The notes under the pieces: generated by a model
Databases searched by the model: none
The model's input: the letters and a program-made list of their open reading frames with translations, nothing else
What the model was told of the DNA's origin: nothing
Assembly: GCA_050613775.1 (NCBI GenBank)
Contig: JBODTK010000011.1
Coordinates: forward strand, 124,001 to 188,000
Source of the DNA: Neocallimastix sp. 'constans'
Taxonomy: Eukaryota
DNA: 64,000 bases
Direction of reading: 5' to 3'
Translations under genes and position numbers: made by a program
Part shown: positions 24,321-37,389 of the stretch, in pieces
How the letters are laid out: every line of letters starts with the position of its first letter
How positions within the stretch are numbered: position 1 is the first letter of the stretch

Positions 24321-26426
24321 ATAACCCAGGAAATAATAACAAGAGGTTAAAACCTTTTAGTATAAATAATATTTTAAATAATTACGTGGCTCTTATATCT
24401 ATTGATAATAATAACTTAAGGGAACCAAACAACTATAAAGATATTTTTAATTTAGAAGACAAAAAGGAGTGGTTGAAAGCTGTCGATGAAGAGCTAAGTA
24501 ATATGAAAAGAACGAAAGTGTTTACACTAATAGATAAAGTATCTAAAGGAGAAAATATTGTTTCTACCAGATGGGTACTTAAATATAAAAAAGACTCAGA
24601 AGGAAATATAATTAAACGAAAAGCTAGATTAGTAGCAAGAGGATACTCTCAAATATATGCTGTGGATTATAGAAATACCTTCTCTCCTACACTTAAACAG
24701 GATACACTCAGAATAATTATAGCTATTTCAGTTCACCATAAATTTAATATTCATCAAATGGATATTAAAGTCTCTTATTTAAATGCCAAACTAAAAAAGA
24801 TATATGCATGGAGCTCCTTGAAGGTCTAAATAGAAAAGGTTTTTGTAAATTAAATAAAGCTTTATATGGCTTGAAACAATCAGGTAGGATGTGGAATGAA
24901 ACATTTAATAAAGTGCTAATAAGATTAAACTTTAAAAGGTTCATTAGCAACCCATGTGTATATATTAAAAAAGATAATGATAGTAACATAAAATGTATTG
25001 TAGCCGTATATGTAGACGATATTATTATATCTGGAACTGATGCCGAAATTAAGGAAACCAAAAAATTAATTAAAAATAAATTTGAAGTTACCAATGTAGG
25101 TAAGATTGATTTTATAATTGGTATAAAATTCGTTAAATGTGATGACGGTTATTTTATACATCAAATAAAATATTTAGAAGAAATTCTAAATAAATTTAAC
25201 ATAAACAAATATAGTTCAACGTTGAACACTATCCTATTGAATATAAAGAATTAAGAAATAAATACTTTAATTCTACAAGATATAAACAAGCAATTGGAAG
25301 TTTGCTTTATCTGTCTTTAAGTACTAGACCTGATATTTTCTATTCAGTCAGTAAGGCTTCAAGGAAATCTGAAAAACCCACACACGAGGATTGGTATAAC
25401 TTACTAAAAGTATTTAGATACTTAAAAAAGAACCCAAATTATGGTATAAAGTTTTCATATAATGATAAAATTAACCTCGAAGTATATGTTGATGCCGATT
25501 TAGGTGGTGACAAAGAAACTAGAAGATCAACTATTGGATTTCTAATGCTAATTCATTCAGCTCCAACAAGCTGGTTCTCTAAACTTCAACATTGTGTCTC
25601 TGTATCAACAGCAGAGAGTGAATATTACGGTATTTATGAATGCGCAAGACACTGTTTATGGTATAAAAATATATTTAAAGAATTTGGAATCAAACATGAA
25701 TGTATAACAATCAATACTGATAATAAAGCAGCAATTTATAATTGAGAAAATGAAACAATTAACCCGAAATCAAAATATATTAGAGAACTGATATGAAATA
25801 ATTATATAGATTTAAAATATATCAAATCTGAGTATAATTTATCAGACGGTTTAACTAAATACTTAAATACTACTTTAATGAATAAATATAGAAATAACAT
25901 CTTTCTAGCTTTAATGATCTTAAACTTTAGGGGGAATGTTAGAAATAAAGTTTAATATTATGATACTATATTATAGTTAGTTATATAATAACTTAGAATA
26001 TAATATTATTAATATATTAAATAATTAAACATGTATTGTTATGTAAATGTATTGTGGCGCATATATGACGTACATCATATACTTACATAAACAACCAAAT
26101 ATAGTTACATTAAATGTAATAAATAATGTTTATATAATTGCATTATACAATTAATTATAAACAATAACCTTATTAATAAAGATATATTATTAAAGAGTAG
26201 AGATCGAAATCTCAATTTCAAAGAAATTTTTTTAAAATAATTATAGTTGATTAATTAAATTATTTAGATTAGGTTAGTTATTTTAGTTAAATCTAAATTA
26301 TTTAATATTTAGATTTTTAAATTAGAATAATAGATTAGAATAATAGTATATTATTTAAAATTTTCTTAAGTTATTAGAATATATTATTTTATTATAAAAA
26401 ATCTTCAATACTGTACCATAAAAATT

Positions 26427-26444
26427 TGGCGAGCTATGCAGGAC
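26427..26444 (+). promoter_or_regulatory. Gypsy-3 PBS, probably tRNA-Arg 3' end
   Basis: TGGCGAGCTATGCAGGAC 8 nt after the LTR; resembles the complement of tRNA-Arg(ACG) 3' ends. Confidence 0.6.
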
Positions 26445-26588
26445 TTGAAGAAATAAAATAATATGAAAATAATAATTTTAGAAAATTTTATTAATTAACA
26501 AAATTTAGAAATAAAAAAAAAATTTTTTTTAATTGATAAAATAAAAATAATAATAAATTAATAAATATTTAGTTAATTAATTAGTTAA

Positions 26589-26830
26589 TTAGAAAATAGT
26601 ATAAAATTTTAATTTAATTAGAAAGTAAAAAATAAAAAATAAGTAAATAATATAAAATTTTAATTTAATTAGAAAGTAAAAAATAAAAAATAAGTAAATT
26701 ATATAAAATTTTAATTTAATTAGAAAGTAAGAAATAAAAAATAAGTAAATAGTATAAAATTTTAATTTAATTAGAAAGTAAAAAATAAAAAATAAGTAAA
26801 TAATATAAAATTTTAATAAAATTAGAGTTA
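26589..26830 (+). repeat. 51-bp tandem repeat (~4.5 copies) in the Gypsy-3 5' UTR
   Basis: Unit AGAAAGTAAAAAATAAAAAATAAGTAAATAATATAAAATTTTAATTTAATT at 26620, 26671, 26722 and 26773. Confidence 0.9.
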
Positions 26831-27501
26831 AGAAAAATAACAAATTTAATAATTAATAGTGATTTAATATTATTTTATTATTTTTAACTCAAAGAAAATA
26901 ACAAAACCGAAAAATATAATAATTCATATACAGTGTATAAACGGTAAAAAAATTAATTAATAATAAATTAGGTGATTTCAATTTATTATTTAGGATTTCG
27001 GTAGATTTTGTGAGTGCTGTTTTCCGTCACGGAGTAATATAAATTTATACTCCCCACGACACCTCTCCGTAGTTCATTAACTATTCGAGTGTTGGCAGGG
27101 TTTCCGGACAAGATCGAGCACTTGCGAATAATGAACTTATTTCACCGAAGTTATAAGGTTTTTTTTTTAGAATTATTATGAATATAAAATAAAGTTGTCA
27201 TCAATAAAAATTCAGTATAAATTTTCAATAATCAATATTTCAATCCAATAACAATTATTTTTAAATTCAATTAGTTCAATATTTAATTCAACTAAAGAAT
27301 TAGAAAATTATATTTTATACATCCATCCATCAATTTAAGAAGTAAATTAAAAAGTGATAATAAAATTAATAATTAAATGGAAATTTCATTCATCAATCCA
27401 TCAATTTAAGAAATAAATTAATAATTGATGATAAAATATATAATCAAAAAGAAAATCCATCTATTCATCCATCAATCAATAAGTTCAAATAAAACTCCAA
27501 A

Positions 27502-30500
27502 ATGAAAATATTAGAATTACAGAGAATTCTACCAAGGCTCAACGAAAGCGCAAGAGACATAGATTCTTTGGTAGAATTTACAAGAATTATGTCTCTAGCG
27601 GAAATAAATAACCCCAAAAAAAATAAGCACATGGGCTATCGAATGTGTCGATGGAAAGTTAAAAAGGACTTTACAAGAATTACACACCAAGAACGAAGAA
27701 GAAAATGATACCTATCATTCTATTGAAGAAATCAAAAAAACAATGGAAGATGAACTAGAAATAACTCCCCATGAGAAATGTAAAAGATTACAACGAATGA
27801 AAATTAGAAAAGGGGAAAGTATAAAGAACTTTAATTGGAGATACAAGAAAATTTATAATAATCTACCAAAAATATATCAAGTGTTTATTACTGTTGAAGA
27901 CTACGCAGATTCAATAATCTCTCGACCTTACGCTAGATCTCAAGTTATAACTCAACGATGTTTCGACTTAGAAGATGCATTCGAAGAAGCTGAATTGGCA
28001 GAAAGAGCAGAAGAAGTTGGAGATACTACTAATGAAGCAGTAATGATAACAGTTTTTAATTCCTAACAATTTTATTACAGAAATAGTATTCATCCTTTCA
28101 TGCAATTTAATTCTCAGATTTATAATCAAAATTATAATCAAAGTTATAACCAAAGTTATAATCAAATTTATAATAGAAAGTAATTATACAACTCATACAA
28201 TAAAAGGAATCAACCAAATTATCAAAATTATAATGAATTAATGAATTCCAGCATGGTTTTAGTAATTCAAAGATTGCTAATAAAAACTTATAATCATAAA
28301 GAATATGAGTAAAATAATAGTCTAGTAAATATTAAGCAAAATTTCAATGATACAAGACTTAATAATGAGTTTATTAATAATGAAACTAACCAGAATAGAA
28401 AGAAAATTATCACCAAAAAATCACAGATTACATGCTATCGTTGTGGACAACAAGGCCATTACTATAAACATTGTCCATATTCATTCAAACAGCTTGCTGA
28501 ATTTGAAAATCAAAATCAAAATAATTCTTCTAACAATCATTTAAACTTCTAAAAGGGAGAAGGGAAACTCCCACTAATCAAATCAAAGAAGAAATTGTAG
28601 CTACTGCTATTAGGAAAAAACCAAATTTATTAATTGAAAAACCATATAGAAAAAACAAAAGAAAAAGTAAAGAAAGTAATAATTAATCAAAATAATAAAA
28701 TTGATTCTAATACAAAAAATAACAATGAAAACATTGAAATCGAAAATGTTATTTCCATTGACAAAACATATCCAAATGAAACAGAAAAACTTAGCCAAAT
28801 TGATGTTTCTATAATAAGTCAACCATCAATTAATAAAGCAAAAAAGAACGTAAGAAAGCAAAGAGAAAATGAAATTTTAAATACTAATAACAAAGAAATT
28901 GATAAACACAAAGAAAAAGCTAAACTTTTAAGTATCGAGTTAGCTGAAAAGAAAGTCAAAACCAGTAATTCTAATAATCAAATCACTATTTTGGAAGGAC
29001 AATCAAAGTGTGACATTTGTAAGAATATAAGCTCAAAATTTGTTAATATTACTGTTCCACAATTATTAGATGTTAGTCCAAAACTTCTTGCAGATTATAT
29101 AAAGGCATTAAAACTCTGAAACACTTAATGAATCACCTGTAGAAATTGTATTATCCGCCATGCATAGAGAAGACGTAGCAACTTTTGAATGTTTTATTAA
29201 TAATATTAAAGGTTTAGATACATGTGTTAATATCAACATTATTACAAAAACTTGTTAAATAAATTTAATAAAATTAAACCTTTAGGATTTGTTAAGAACA
29301 ACATCGTGCAAGTATTACCAAAAGAAAATGTTTACACTGAAATTTATTTAGTAAATGTTAAAATTGGAAAATTAGTCATACATGATTTTTTCAGAGTCAT
29401 TGATAATGATCAAAACTTATTTGATATATAAATTGGCTACAGAGCACTAAAAGAAAACAACTTATTCATTAATACTCTTAACAACAATCTATGTTTAATG
29501 AAAGAGGACGATTCTTGGAAATATATTATAAAACTTGGAAAAAGGCAATAATGGAAATATTATTAATAATAATGATGATGATTCTGAATCTATAGTAATA
29601 TATGATGATGAAATAAACTCTGATATTAATAATAATTCCTATTTATATTGCTTTTTAAAGGAAAATAGCAGTAAGAAAAATAATACCATACTAATAGAAC
29701 AAATAAATACAAAAAAATCAGATCTTGAAACAGGAAATAAAAAATTAAAATAAACAATTTAATGAAGAAATTAACGAAAAGGATAAAATGATAGAAGTAA
29801 TAATTAATGGAGTACCGAATAAATTTAAAAATAAAATAAAAGAAATCTTTAATGAATTCTATTCTATTCTTGCGACTAAAATCAATGAGTTAAAACCAAC
29901 CAAGTTACTACCACATAACATTAAACTTGAAATGAATACTGAGCCAATAAAACAAAAATGTTATAGACTTTCAAAAGTTATAGCCTGAACCATCGAACTA
30001 TCCTTGGTCCTCTCCTGTTATTCTAGTTCTTAAGAAAAATAAAAAATGGAGATTATGTATTGATTTTCAAAAACTGAATAACATTACAATCAAGGATGCT
30101 TATGCGCTACCTCTTATCGATGAAATTTTATTTTCTATTGGAAACCAAGTAAAAATATTCACAACAATTGACCTATTTTTGTGATTTCACTAAATATCCA
30201 TGAATAAAGAAGATATTCCAAAAACAAGTTTCACGACAATGTACGGTAATTATCAATTTTTAGTTATGCCTTTTGGATTGTGTAATGCTCCAGTTACTTT
30301 CCAAAGAAAAATGAACAGAATATTTTCCCTCTTATTGGTGTTTGTATGTTCGTATATATTGATGACTTAGTAATATTCTCTCCTTCCTTAGAACAATATG
30401 TTAAAGATCTTAAAAAAGTATTTGAAATTATTAAAGAAAATGGATTAAAGATTAACTTAGAAAAACGTAATTTCTTTAAAGAAAAAGTAGGACTATTAGG

Positions 30501-31500
30501 ACATACCTTATCGATTGATGGTATTTCTCCAATTCAAGATAAAATAAAAGTAATTTTAGAATGGATTCCTCCTAAAAATATTACATAATTACAATCATTC
30601 CTCGGTGCAGTTGGCTATTATCGAAAATTTATATTCAACTTTGCCAATATTGCGAAACCTTTATTCAAACTTTTAAAAAAAGGAGTTAAATTTGTTTGGG
30701 AAAATGAACAAGAAGAAAGTTTTAATGAGTTAAAAATTAAACTAGTTTCAGCTCCAATACTTACTATGCCCGATTTCAAAAAACAATTTATAATTAGAAC
30801 TGATGCTTCCTATTACGGAATTAGGGTGTATTACTTCAAAAGGATGAAAATAATAATGACAAACCAATTCACTTCGTAGATCTCTCTTTAAAAAACAGCG
30901 GAAATTATGCAATTACTGATTTGGAAGGAACGGCCGCGACTTACTGCGTTAAAAAATTTAAACCTTATATCTCTGGAAACAAATATACGACACTTCTTTA
31001 CACGGATCAAAAACCTTTAGTAGGATTATTTAAGAACAAAGAAACAAACAATTCAAGACAAACAAGATGGCAAGATGGGTTTTACTTTTATCAATGTTTA
31101 ATGTTAAAGTTTTATATAAACCAGGAAGAAAAATGTTATCTCTGATGCATTATTAAGACTAAAAACAAAAAATAATGAGTTAGTTGCAACAATAACTTCT
31201 GAAATGAACGAAAATAATCTTTTAAAGATATAAAGATAAATTTGTAATTATTGATGGTGAAAAATTTTATAAGGATGATGAAAAATTAAGAAATGTTATT
31301 TGTAACGAAAAAGAAAGAATTAAACTTATACTTAGTGCTCACAAAATTGGTCATTAAGGAGTATTTAAAACATATAATCGACTTAAAAGAGATTATTACT
31401 GGACCAATATGATATTGGATGTGAAATATATAGTTAGAACTTGTAAAAGATGTCAACAATTTAGACCTCAGTCATATCAATTATGTGAAATTGAGACTTC
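27502..31500 (+). pseudogene. Gypsy-3 gag-pol, heavily decayed, integrase core deleted
   Basis: CYRCGQQGHYYKHC knuckle (~28433), QLLDVSP, VYIDD, IRTDAS. The HHCC finger is followed almost directly by the 3' UTR. Confidence 0.9.
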
Positions 31501-31633
31501 AAGGGACGAAGTCTGAACTTAGGGATGGCTTTATGTTACGGAACTAATAAATATTTAAAATTAGAAATATTATTAATGAAAAAATATTATAAATATTATT
31601 GATATTAACTAAATAAATGATAAATAGTAAAAC

Positions 31634-32394
31634 TATAAAGAGTTTAGGAGAAACAGATTACATATAACAAAATATACAAAATAGTTTAAAACACGTAATA
31701 AAAAAAATTCTTTTTAATAAATAATCTTTTATTAATCTTAAAAATAAATCTCTTATCGTTATTAACTATTTGATAGTCAATAACTAATACATCGATTTAA
31801 ATAATGAATTTTACAAGTATTTATATTTTTTTATGATTATATTATAATATATTATTTCTATCTAATTTACATATATTACTATTATTTATAAACAAAATAA
31901 TTTTCAGTAATTTTATTAAATAAAAATTAATTAAAACTATACAATAATTAATTCAATAAACTTTCAATTTATTTACAATAATAATTAAATTCAATAAAAA
32001 CTCATTTATTAGATATTTATTATATAAATATTATTTATACTAATGTTTATATATTTACAATTCAAAACTATTTTTATAAACTATTAAAACTAATCTTAAC
32101 TATTTAAAACTATTCCGAAATTAATTTTAAAGTATTTTAAACTAACTAAACTAAATTAACTAAGTTAAATAGAATAACTATTTTAAATAAACTAAACTAA
32201 ATTAACTAACTTAAATAAATTATTTAAATTAAATTTATTATCCATAATTATTTAAATAATAATTTATCATTTATGAAAAGTTTACATAAATTTATAATTA
32301 ATTTTCATATATGTAAATCATAAATTTATGTAATTTTATTACATTAATTAATTTTGTAATAATTAATTATTAAAGATTTTATTAAATCTTTACA
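31634..32394 (-). repeat. Chromovirus-family solo LTR in the Gypsy-3 3' LTR
   Basis: TGTAAAGAT...TTTATA (minus), TSD AAAAC; empty site at ~19122. Confidence 0.92.
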
Positions 32395-34941
32395 AAAACA
32401 TTAAAATAATTATAAAATTAGTTATAGTAAATTCGATAAATGTATTAATTATTATTTTTATTTAATATTGTAATATTAGTAGTTTATTATATTTTTATTA
32501 AATTTTTATTATTAAATTTTTATTATTAAATTTTTATTATTAAATTTTTATTATTAAATTTTTATTATTAAACTTTTATTATTAAATTTTTATTATTAAA
32601 TTTTTATTATTAAGTCTAATCCAATCAAATAACTATTTTAATTGTATAAAAAGAGCAAAGTAGTACAATAGTTTAGTTCTCTCTCTCTTTTTCTTACAAT
32701 TCTATTATTATATTATACTTTTGATATTTTCGAGTTTAAATAATAAATTTAGATAGTTAAATTAAAATAAAATTAGTTTAAATAATAAATTAGAATAGTT
32801 TAATTAATTAAATTAGAATAGTTAAATAATTGAATTAGAATAATTTAAATAATAAAATAAGAATAGATTAAATAAAAAAATAAAATAGTTTATTTTAAAT
32901 AAAGTTAAATTAAAAATAATTTAAGTGTTGATTTTAAATGTTTTAAGATTTTAGTGTTTAATATTAGTGTTAATAATTATAGTTGATTAATTAAATTATT
33001 TAGATTAGGTTAGTAATTTTAGTTTAGTTTAAATTATCTAATATTTAGATTTTTAAATTAGAATAATAGATTTGAATAATAGAATATTATTTAAAATTTT
33101 CTTAAGAATATATTATTTTATTATAAAAAATCTTCAATACTGTACCAATTTGATACGGGGTGTCACTAAATACCTTGTATTTCCTATTTAATATCCTTAC
33201 TAATATTACAATAAAAATTATTATTAAATATTCTTATTAAAAATTATATATATTTTAAATCATTACTAATTCTTATTTTTATATTAAGTATAATAAAAAC
33301 TATTTCAAAAATATTTGATATAAAATACAGAATTATAAGTTTCTGTATAATATTTTCTAAAGCTTTGAAATAAACTATGAATAAAGCAGAAATCAAAACT
33401 AAATTAAATCCTTATTAAAATAAAATGAACCAAAATACAGAAAACATTAATTCTGTATAATTTTCTCTCTAAAGACAATATCAAGAAGAAGCTACTGCCG
33501 GGAACGCCCTTCGTGATACAACTACCAAATTTAATTTTTATAGTTTAATTTAATAAATGTTTTTTTTTTAACAATATATATAATATTATAAATAATTTAA
33601 AATATGCTCTCTGTTTAACTGGATGAGTATAAGGAACTTAATTAATTCTATGAGGAAATAATTTAGAATTATCCAAATCATCTGTTTTAACAGCTAAAAT
33701 ATCCGCTTATGATATAAATAAAATTTTAACTATATCATTAATAGCAAAAGAACTTTAGGTAATATTTTGAACAAGAGAAATCTTCTTATCATTTTGCAGA
33801 GATTTTAAGTCAACAAAAGATGAATTATAATTGTAAGTTATTAAAAGAATGTCAGGACAAATTTTTGAATCATTGTTAAGAAATAAAACGTTATTATCAA
33901 TAGGAAGTAAATCAATATTATTAAAATCCTCATAATTAGTTAATTCTACCTTATCAAAATCACTAATATTTATATTTGAAATATCATTACACAAAAATTT
34001 AAACATGTACAATAATTAATAATACCATCACAACGCGAAACATAATTTTCGGAACCATTTTAAATAATATTTATATCATTAATATTAGAAAAATTTAAAT
34101 TAGTAAGTTCTATGTAGTCTTTATTTTCATTTTTGTGTGATAAGGTATAATCAACTAAATCTAATACAAATCTATTTTTTTTAAGTGTATCTATACCAAT
34201 TAAAACTTCAAAAATATCGTCTTTTTCTATTTTTCTAAAATGATCTTTAAAAGTATAACCGCCTATTTCGATTTCCAATTCATATACTTCAGAAGAAATA
34301 TAATTATTTGAATATGCCTGAGATATTCTTTCAGAAGTAGTTTTTATTTATTTTTTACTTATTAAAAACAGCAGCAGTGATTAAGTTGAATCTCGCTCAT
34401 GATTCTAGAAATATTTCTGCAAAAGATTCTTCAAAGACACCATTTTCTTTAATAACTTTGTAGCCACTTATTAAATATATAGCGTTTACTAAAAATTCTT
34501 TATTAATAGTTTTAGTTAACTTTTGTTCTTTATTAAATCCAGTCCGAAATTTAGGGCATAAGTCTAATAAGTGTGCAAGTTTGAGCTTAACTTCTATGTT
34601 CGCTACATCTTTAATTAAGTCATTTATATCATAATTATCAATCAAATTAATCATTTTAATATGTTTTTCTAATTTTATTGTATTAGCATTATATCCATTT
34701 TCATTTTTGTCAGTAGTATTGGATATTATTTCCTAATTCTGTTTAATTTATTAATCTTATTCGCATTTGAAATATTCGGTTGATTTATATATGATATATC
34801 CAAATGTTCCAATTTTTCTGTGTTATTATTATTATCATTATTACCATTATTATTACTGTTATTATTAATATTATTATTATTAATATTTGAAATATTATTA
34901 TTACTAATTTTATCATTATTATTGGTATCATTATTAATTAA

Positions 34942-36406
34942 CACTCACTCTCCCCTGATCTCGAACTCTACGCAGTCGCAAGCTTTGTGCTCGAGTCTCA
35001 CTCGGCTTCACTTGCTTCGTCTCATTTAATCGTTCATTCGTTTCATTCATTATTTTTATATTTTTAGGGTTTATTTTGATAGTAGTTTTTGATAATATTT
35101 AGCATAAAACAGTATACCAAATATACAGATCACATGAGTTCAATATTATAAAACTAGTATGATTTAACATAAATGAACTATAAAATCACTATTGCTATAT
35201 TGTTTAATTAGTTTATGTTTTCGATAGTTGAATTTGATACTGTTTTTGAACTATATTTGTATAGTTTTGGCATACAAATACAATTCCCAATATTCTGGAC
35301 CTATATTTAATATATTAAACAGTATAGGGTATGAAGCTAAAACTATGCTAAAAACAGCATCAAAATCAATCTAATAAAAACAAACAAAAATAAAATAAAC
35401 TACAATTAATCTGATATTATCACGCAAGCATAGTGTAAAATGCTCTAATGGAAACAGATTACAAATAACAAAATTTTAACACTAAAATTAAAAGAACACG
35501 TAATAAAAAATTTTTTTTTTAAAAAAATAATCTTTATTAATTAAGAAAAACAAATCACTTATTGTTATTAACTAATTGATAGTCAATAACTAATACATCA
35601 ATTTAGATAATGAAAATTACATGTATTTATTTTTCATGATTATATTATAATATATTATTTCTATCTAATTTACATATATTATTATTTATTTATAAACAAA
35701 ATATTTACTAATAATTTTATTAAATAATAATTAACTAAAACTAAACAATAATTAATTCAATAAGCTTTCAACTTATTTAGAATAATAATTAAATTCAATA
35801 AAAACTCATTTATTATATATTTATTATATTAATATTACTAATACTAATGTTTATATATTTACAATTTAAAACTATTTTAATAAACTATTTAAACTAATTT
35901 TAACTATTTAAAACTATTCCGAAATTAATTTTAAAATATTTTAAACTAACTAAACTAAATTAACTAAGTTAAATAGAATAACTATTTTAAATAAACTAAA
36001 CTAAATTAACTAACTTAAATAAATTATTTAAATTAAATTTATTATCCATAATTATTTAAATAATAATTTATCATTTATGAAAAGTTTACATAAATTTATA
36101 ATTAATTTTCATATATGTAAATCATAAATTTATGTAATTTTATTACATTAATTAATTATTACATAATTAATTATTAAAGATTTTATTAAATCTTTACACA
36201 TAGTTTTAGCATAAATATAGCATAAATAGTATATCAAATTCAATCAAAAAAACCCATAAAGACATGAGATAATTATTGAGTAAATGAATGATTAAATGAA
36301 ATGAAGCGAATGTAGCCAAGTGGGACTCGAGCACAAAGCTTGTGACTTGTTAGAGTTCGAAATCAGGCAAGAGTGAGCGGAATGTAATCAATGGAATGAG
36401 TGAGAG
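34942..36406. mobile_element. MITE-like non-autonomous TIR element inserted in Gypsy-4
   Basis: ~100-bp GC-rich imperfect inverted repeats (34942-35045 vs 36280-36379; core CAAGCTTTGTGCTCGAGTC / GACTCGAGCACAAAGCTTG). No ORF; TSD not resolved. Confidence 0.75.
35434..36198 (-). repeat. Chromovirus-family solo LTR inside the MITE
   Basis: TGTAAAGAT...TTTACA (minus), TSD CATAG; closely similar to 31634-32394 and 62959-63727. Confidence 0.92.
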
Positions 36407-36419
36407 AAATTAAAGAAAT

Positions 36420-36860
36420 GTTTTAATTACAATTAATATTATTTTAATTGTTATATTAGTATTCTTATTGATATAATTATTATTTTTTTATTACTATTAT
36501 TATTATTAATATAATTATGAATAATATTATTATAATTATTGTTATTAATATTACTACTATTATTATGATTATTATTAATATTATTATTATAATTATAGCT
36601 ATTATTACTAGTATCATTATTGAAACAATTATTAGTATTTTCATTATTTACATATGTGTAATTGTAATTATTATTATTATTAAGATTGTTATTATTATTA
36701 ATATTAGTACTATTACTATTATTATGATAATGATTATTACAATAATTATTATTGTTATTATTATAATTGTTATAATTATTACTATTATTATTATTTTTAT
36801 CATTATTATTATAATTATCATTAGATTTAATATTATAATTATCTTTTCTATTAACTAAAT
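36420..36860. repeat. Degenerate (ATT)n low-complexity tract (Asn-rich on the minus strand)
   Basis: Imperfect ATT/AAT repeats; explains the spurious Ile-rich ORF. Confidence 0.8.
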
Positions 36861-37389
36861 AAATATTCTCATTGTTTTTATAATTGTCTATATTATTTAT
36901 ATTTATTTTTTTATTATTTCCATAATTTTTACTTCTATCATTATTATTAATTTCAACATTATTATAGTACAGATTATTTTTATTATAATTATTAAATTAT
37001 TATTAACGCTATTTTTATTATAATGATTATTGAAGTTATCATTACAATAATTTCCGTTATTTATACATAAAAGGGTGGTTTGTTTACTGGAAGTTTTCTC
37101 CCATAATCTATTTTAAATTGTGATTGCTTATAATATTTTTGCTGATGAGGATTTTGATTATCAATATCCCCAAGGATTACGTTTATTTTTTATATCCTCA
37201 ATACTTCTTGTATTGTTATAAATATCATTGTTATAGTTTTCGTAATTTCTATTATTAGTATTATAATTATTATTTCCATAGTTATTATTACTTTATAATT
37301 ATTATTTCTATTATAAATATTATTGTTATTATAATATAATTTTAATAAATTTTTTTTTTTTATTTTTTTTTTTAATTGAAAATAAAATC

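Larger units (their letters stand above)
20006..25920 (+). pseudogene. Copia-1 gag-pol, with frameshifts, stops and two solo-LTR insertions
   Basis: CYNCGGVGHITRNC; LWHRHMGH...CKIC; IHMDL, KTDNGTEF, QQNG; RKARLVARG, LYGLKQSG, VYVDD; YVDAD, STAESEY. Confidence 0.92.
19537..26236 (+). mobile_element. Copia-1: full-length but decayed Ty1/Copia element inside the Gypsy-3 5' LTR
   Basis: ~300-bp near-identical LTRs (19537-19836, 25937-26236). TSD ATAAT (or TAAT if the LTR is 1 nt longer); empty site at ~32970. PPT AGGGGGAA; domain order gag-IN-RT-RH. Confidence 0.93.
19034..33147 (+). mobile_element. Gypsy-3: degenerate Ty3/Gypsy element with both LTRs interrupted
   Basis: 5' LTR 19034-26418 (split by Copia-1) and 3' LTR 31534-33147 (split by a solo LTR), TGTTA...TACCA. 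4-bp TSD ATTT (19030-19033 / 33148-33151). Confidence 0.9.
33595..37330 (-). pseudogene. Gypsy-4 remnant (gag end, protease region, RT start); no LTRs seen
   Basis: HLLDLCP motif, FEVLIGIDTL, PVKQRAY; frameshift cassette at 37089-37117. Confidence 0.75.

Noticed and set aside
26589..26843. Repeat-protein ORF or CRISPR-like periodicity
   Set aside because: Head-to-tail 51-bp minisatellite without spacers; eukaryotic context and no cas genes.
27502..31500. RIP-like C-to-T hypermutation
   Set aside because: Some CAA-to-TAA and CGA-to-TGA changes exist, but indels and transversions are also common and young repeats are near-identical; this cannot be supported without consensus alignments.
36517..36858. 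113-aa poly-Ile ORF
   Set aside because: Degenerate ATT microsatellite.
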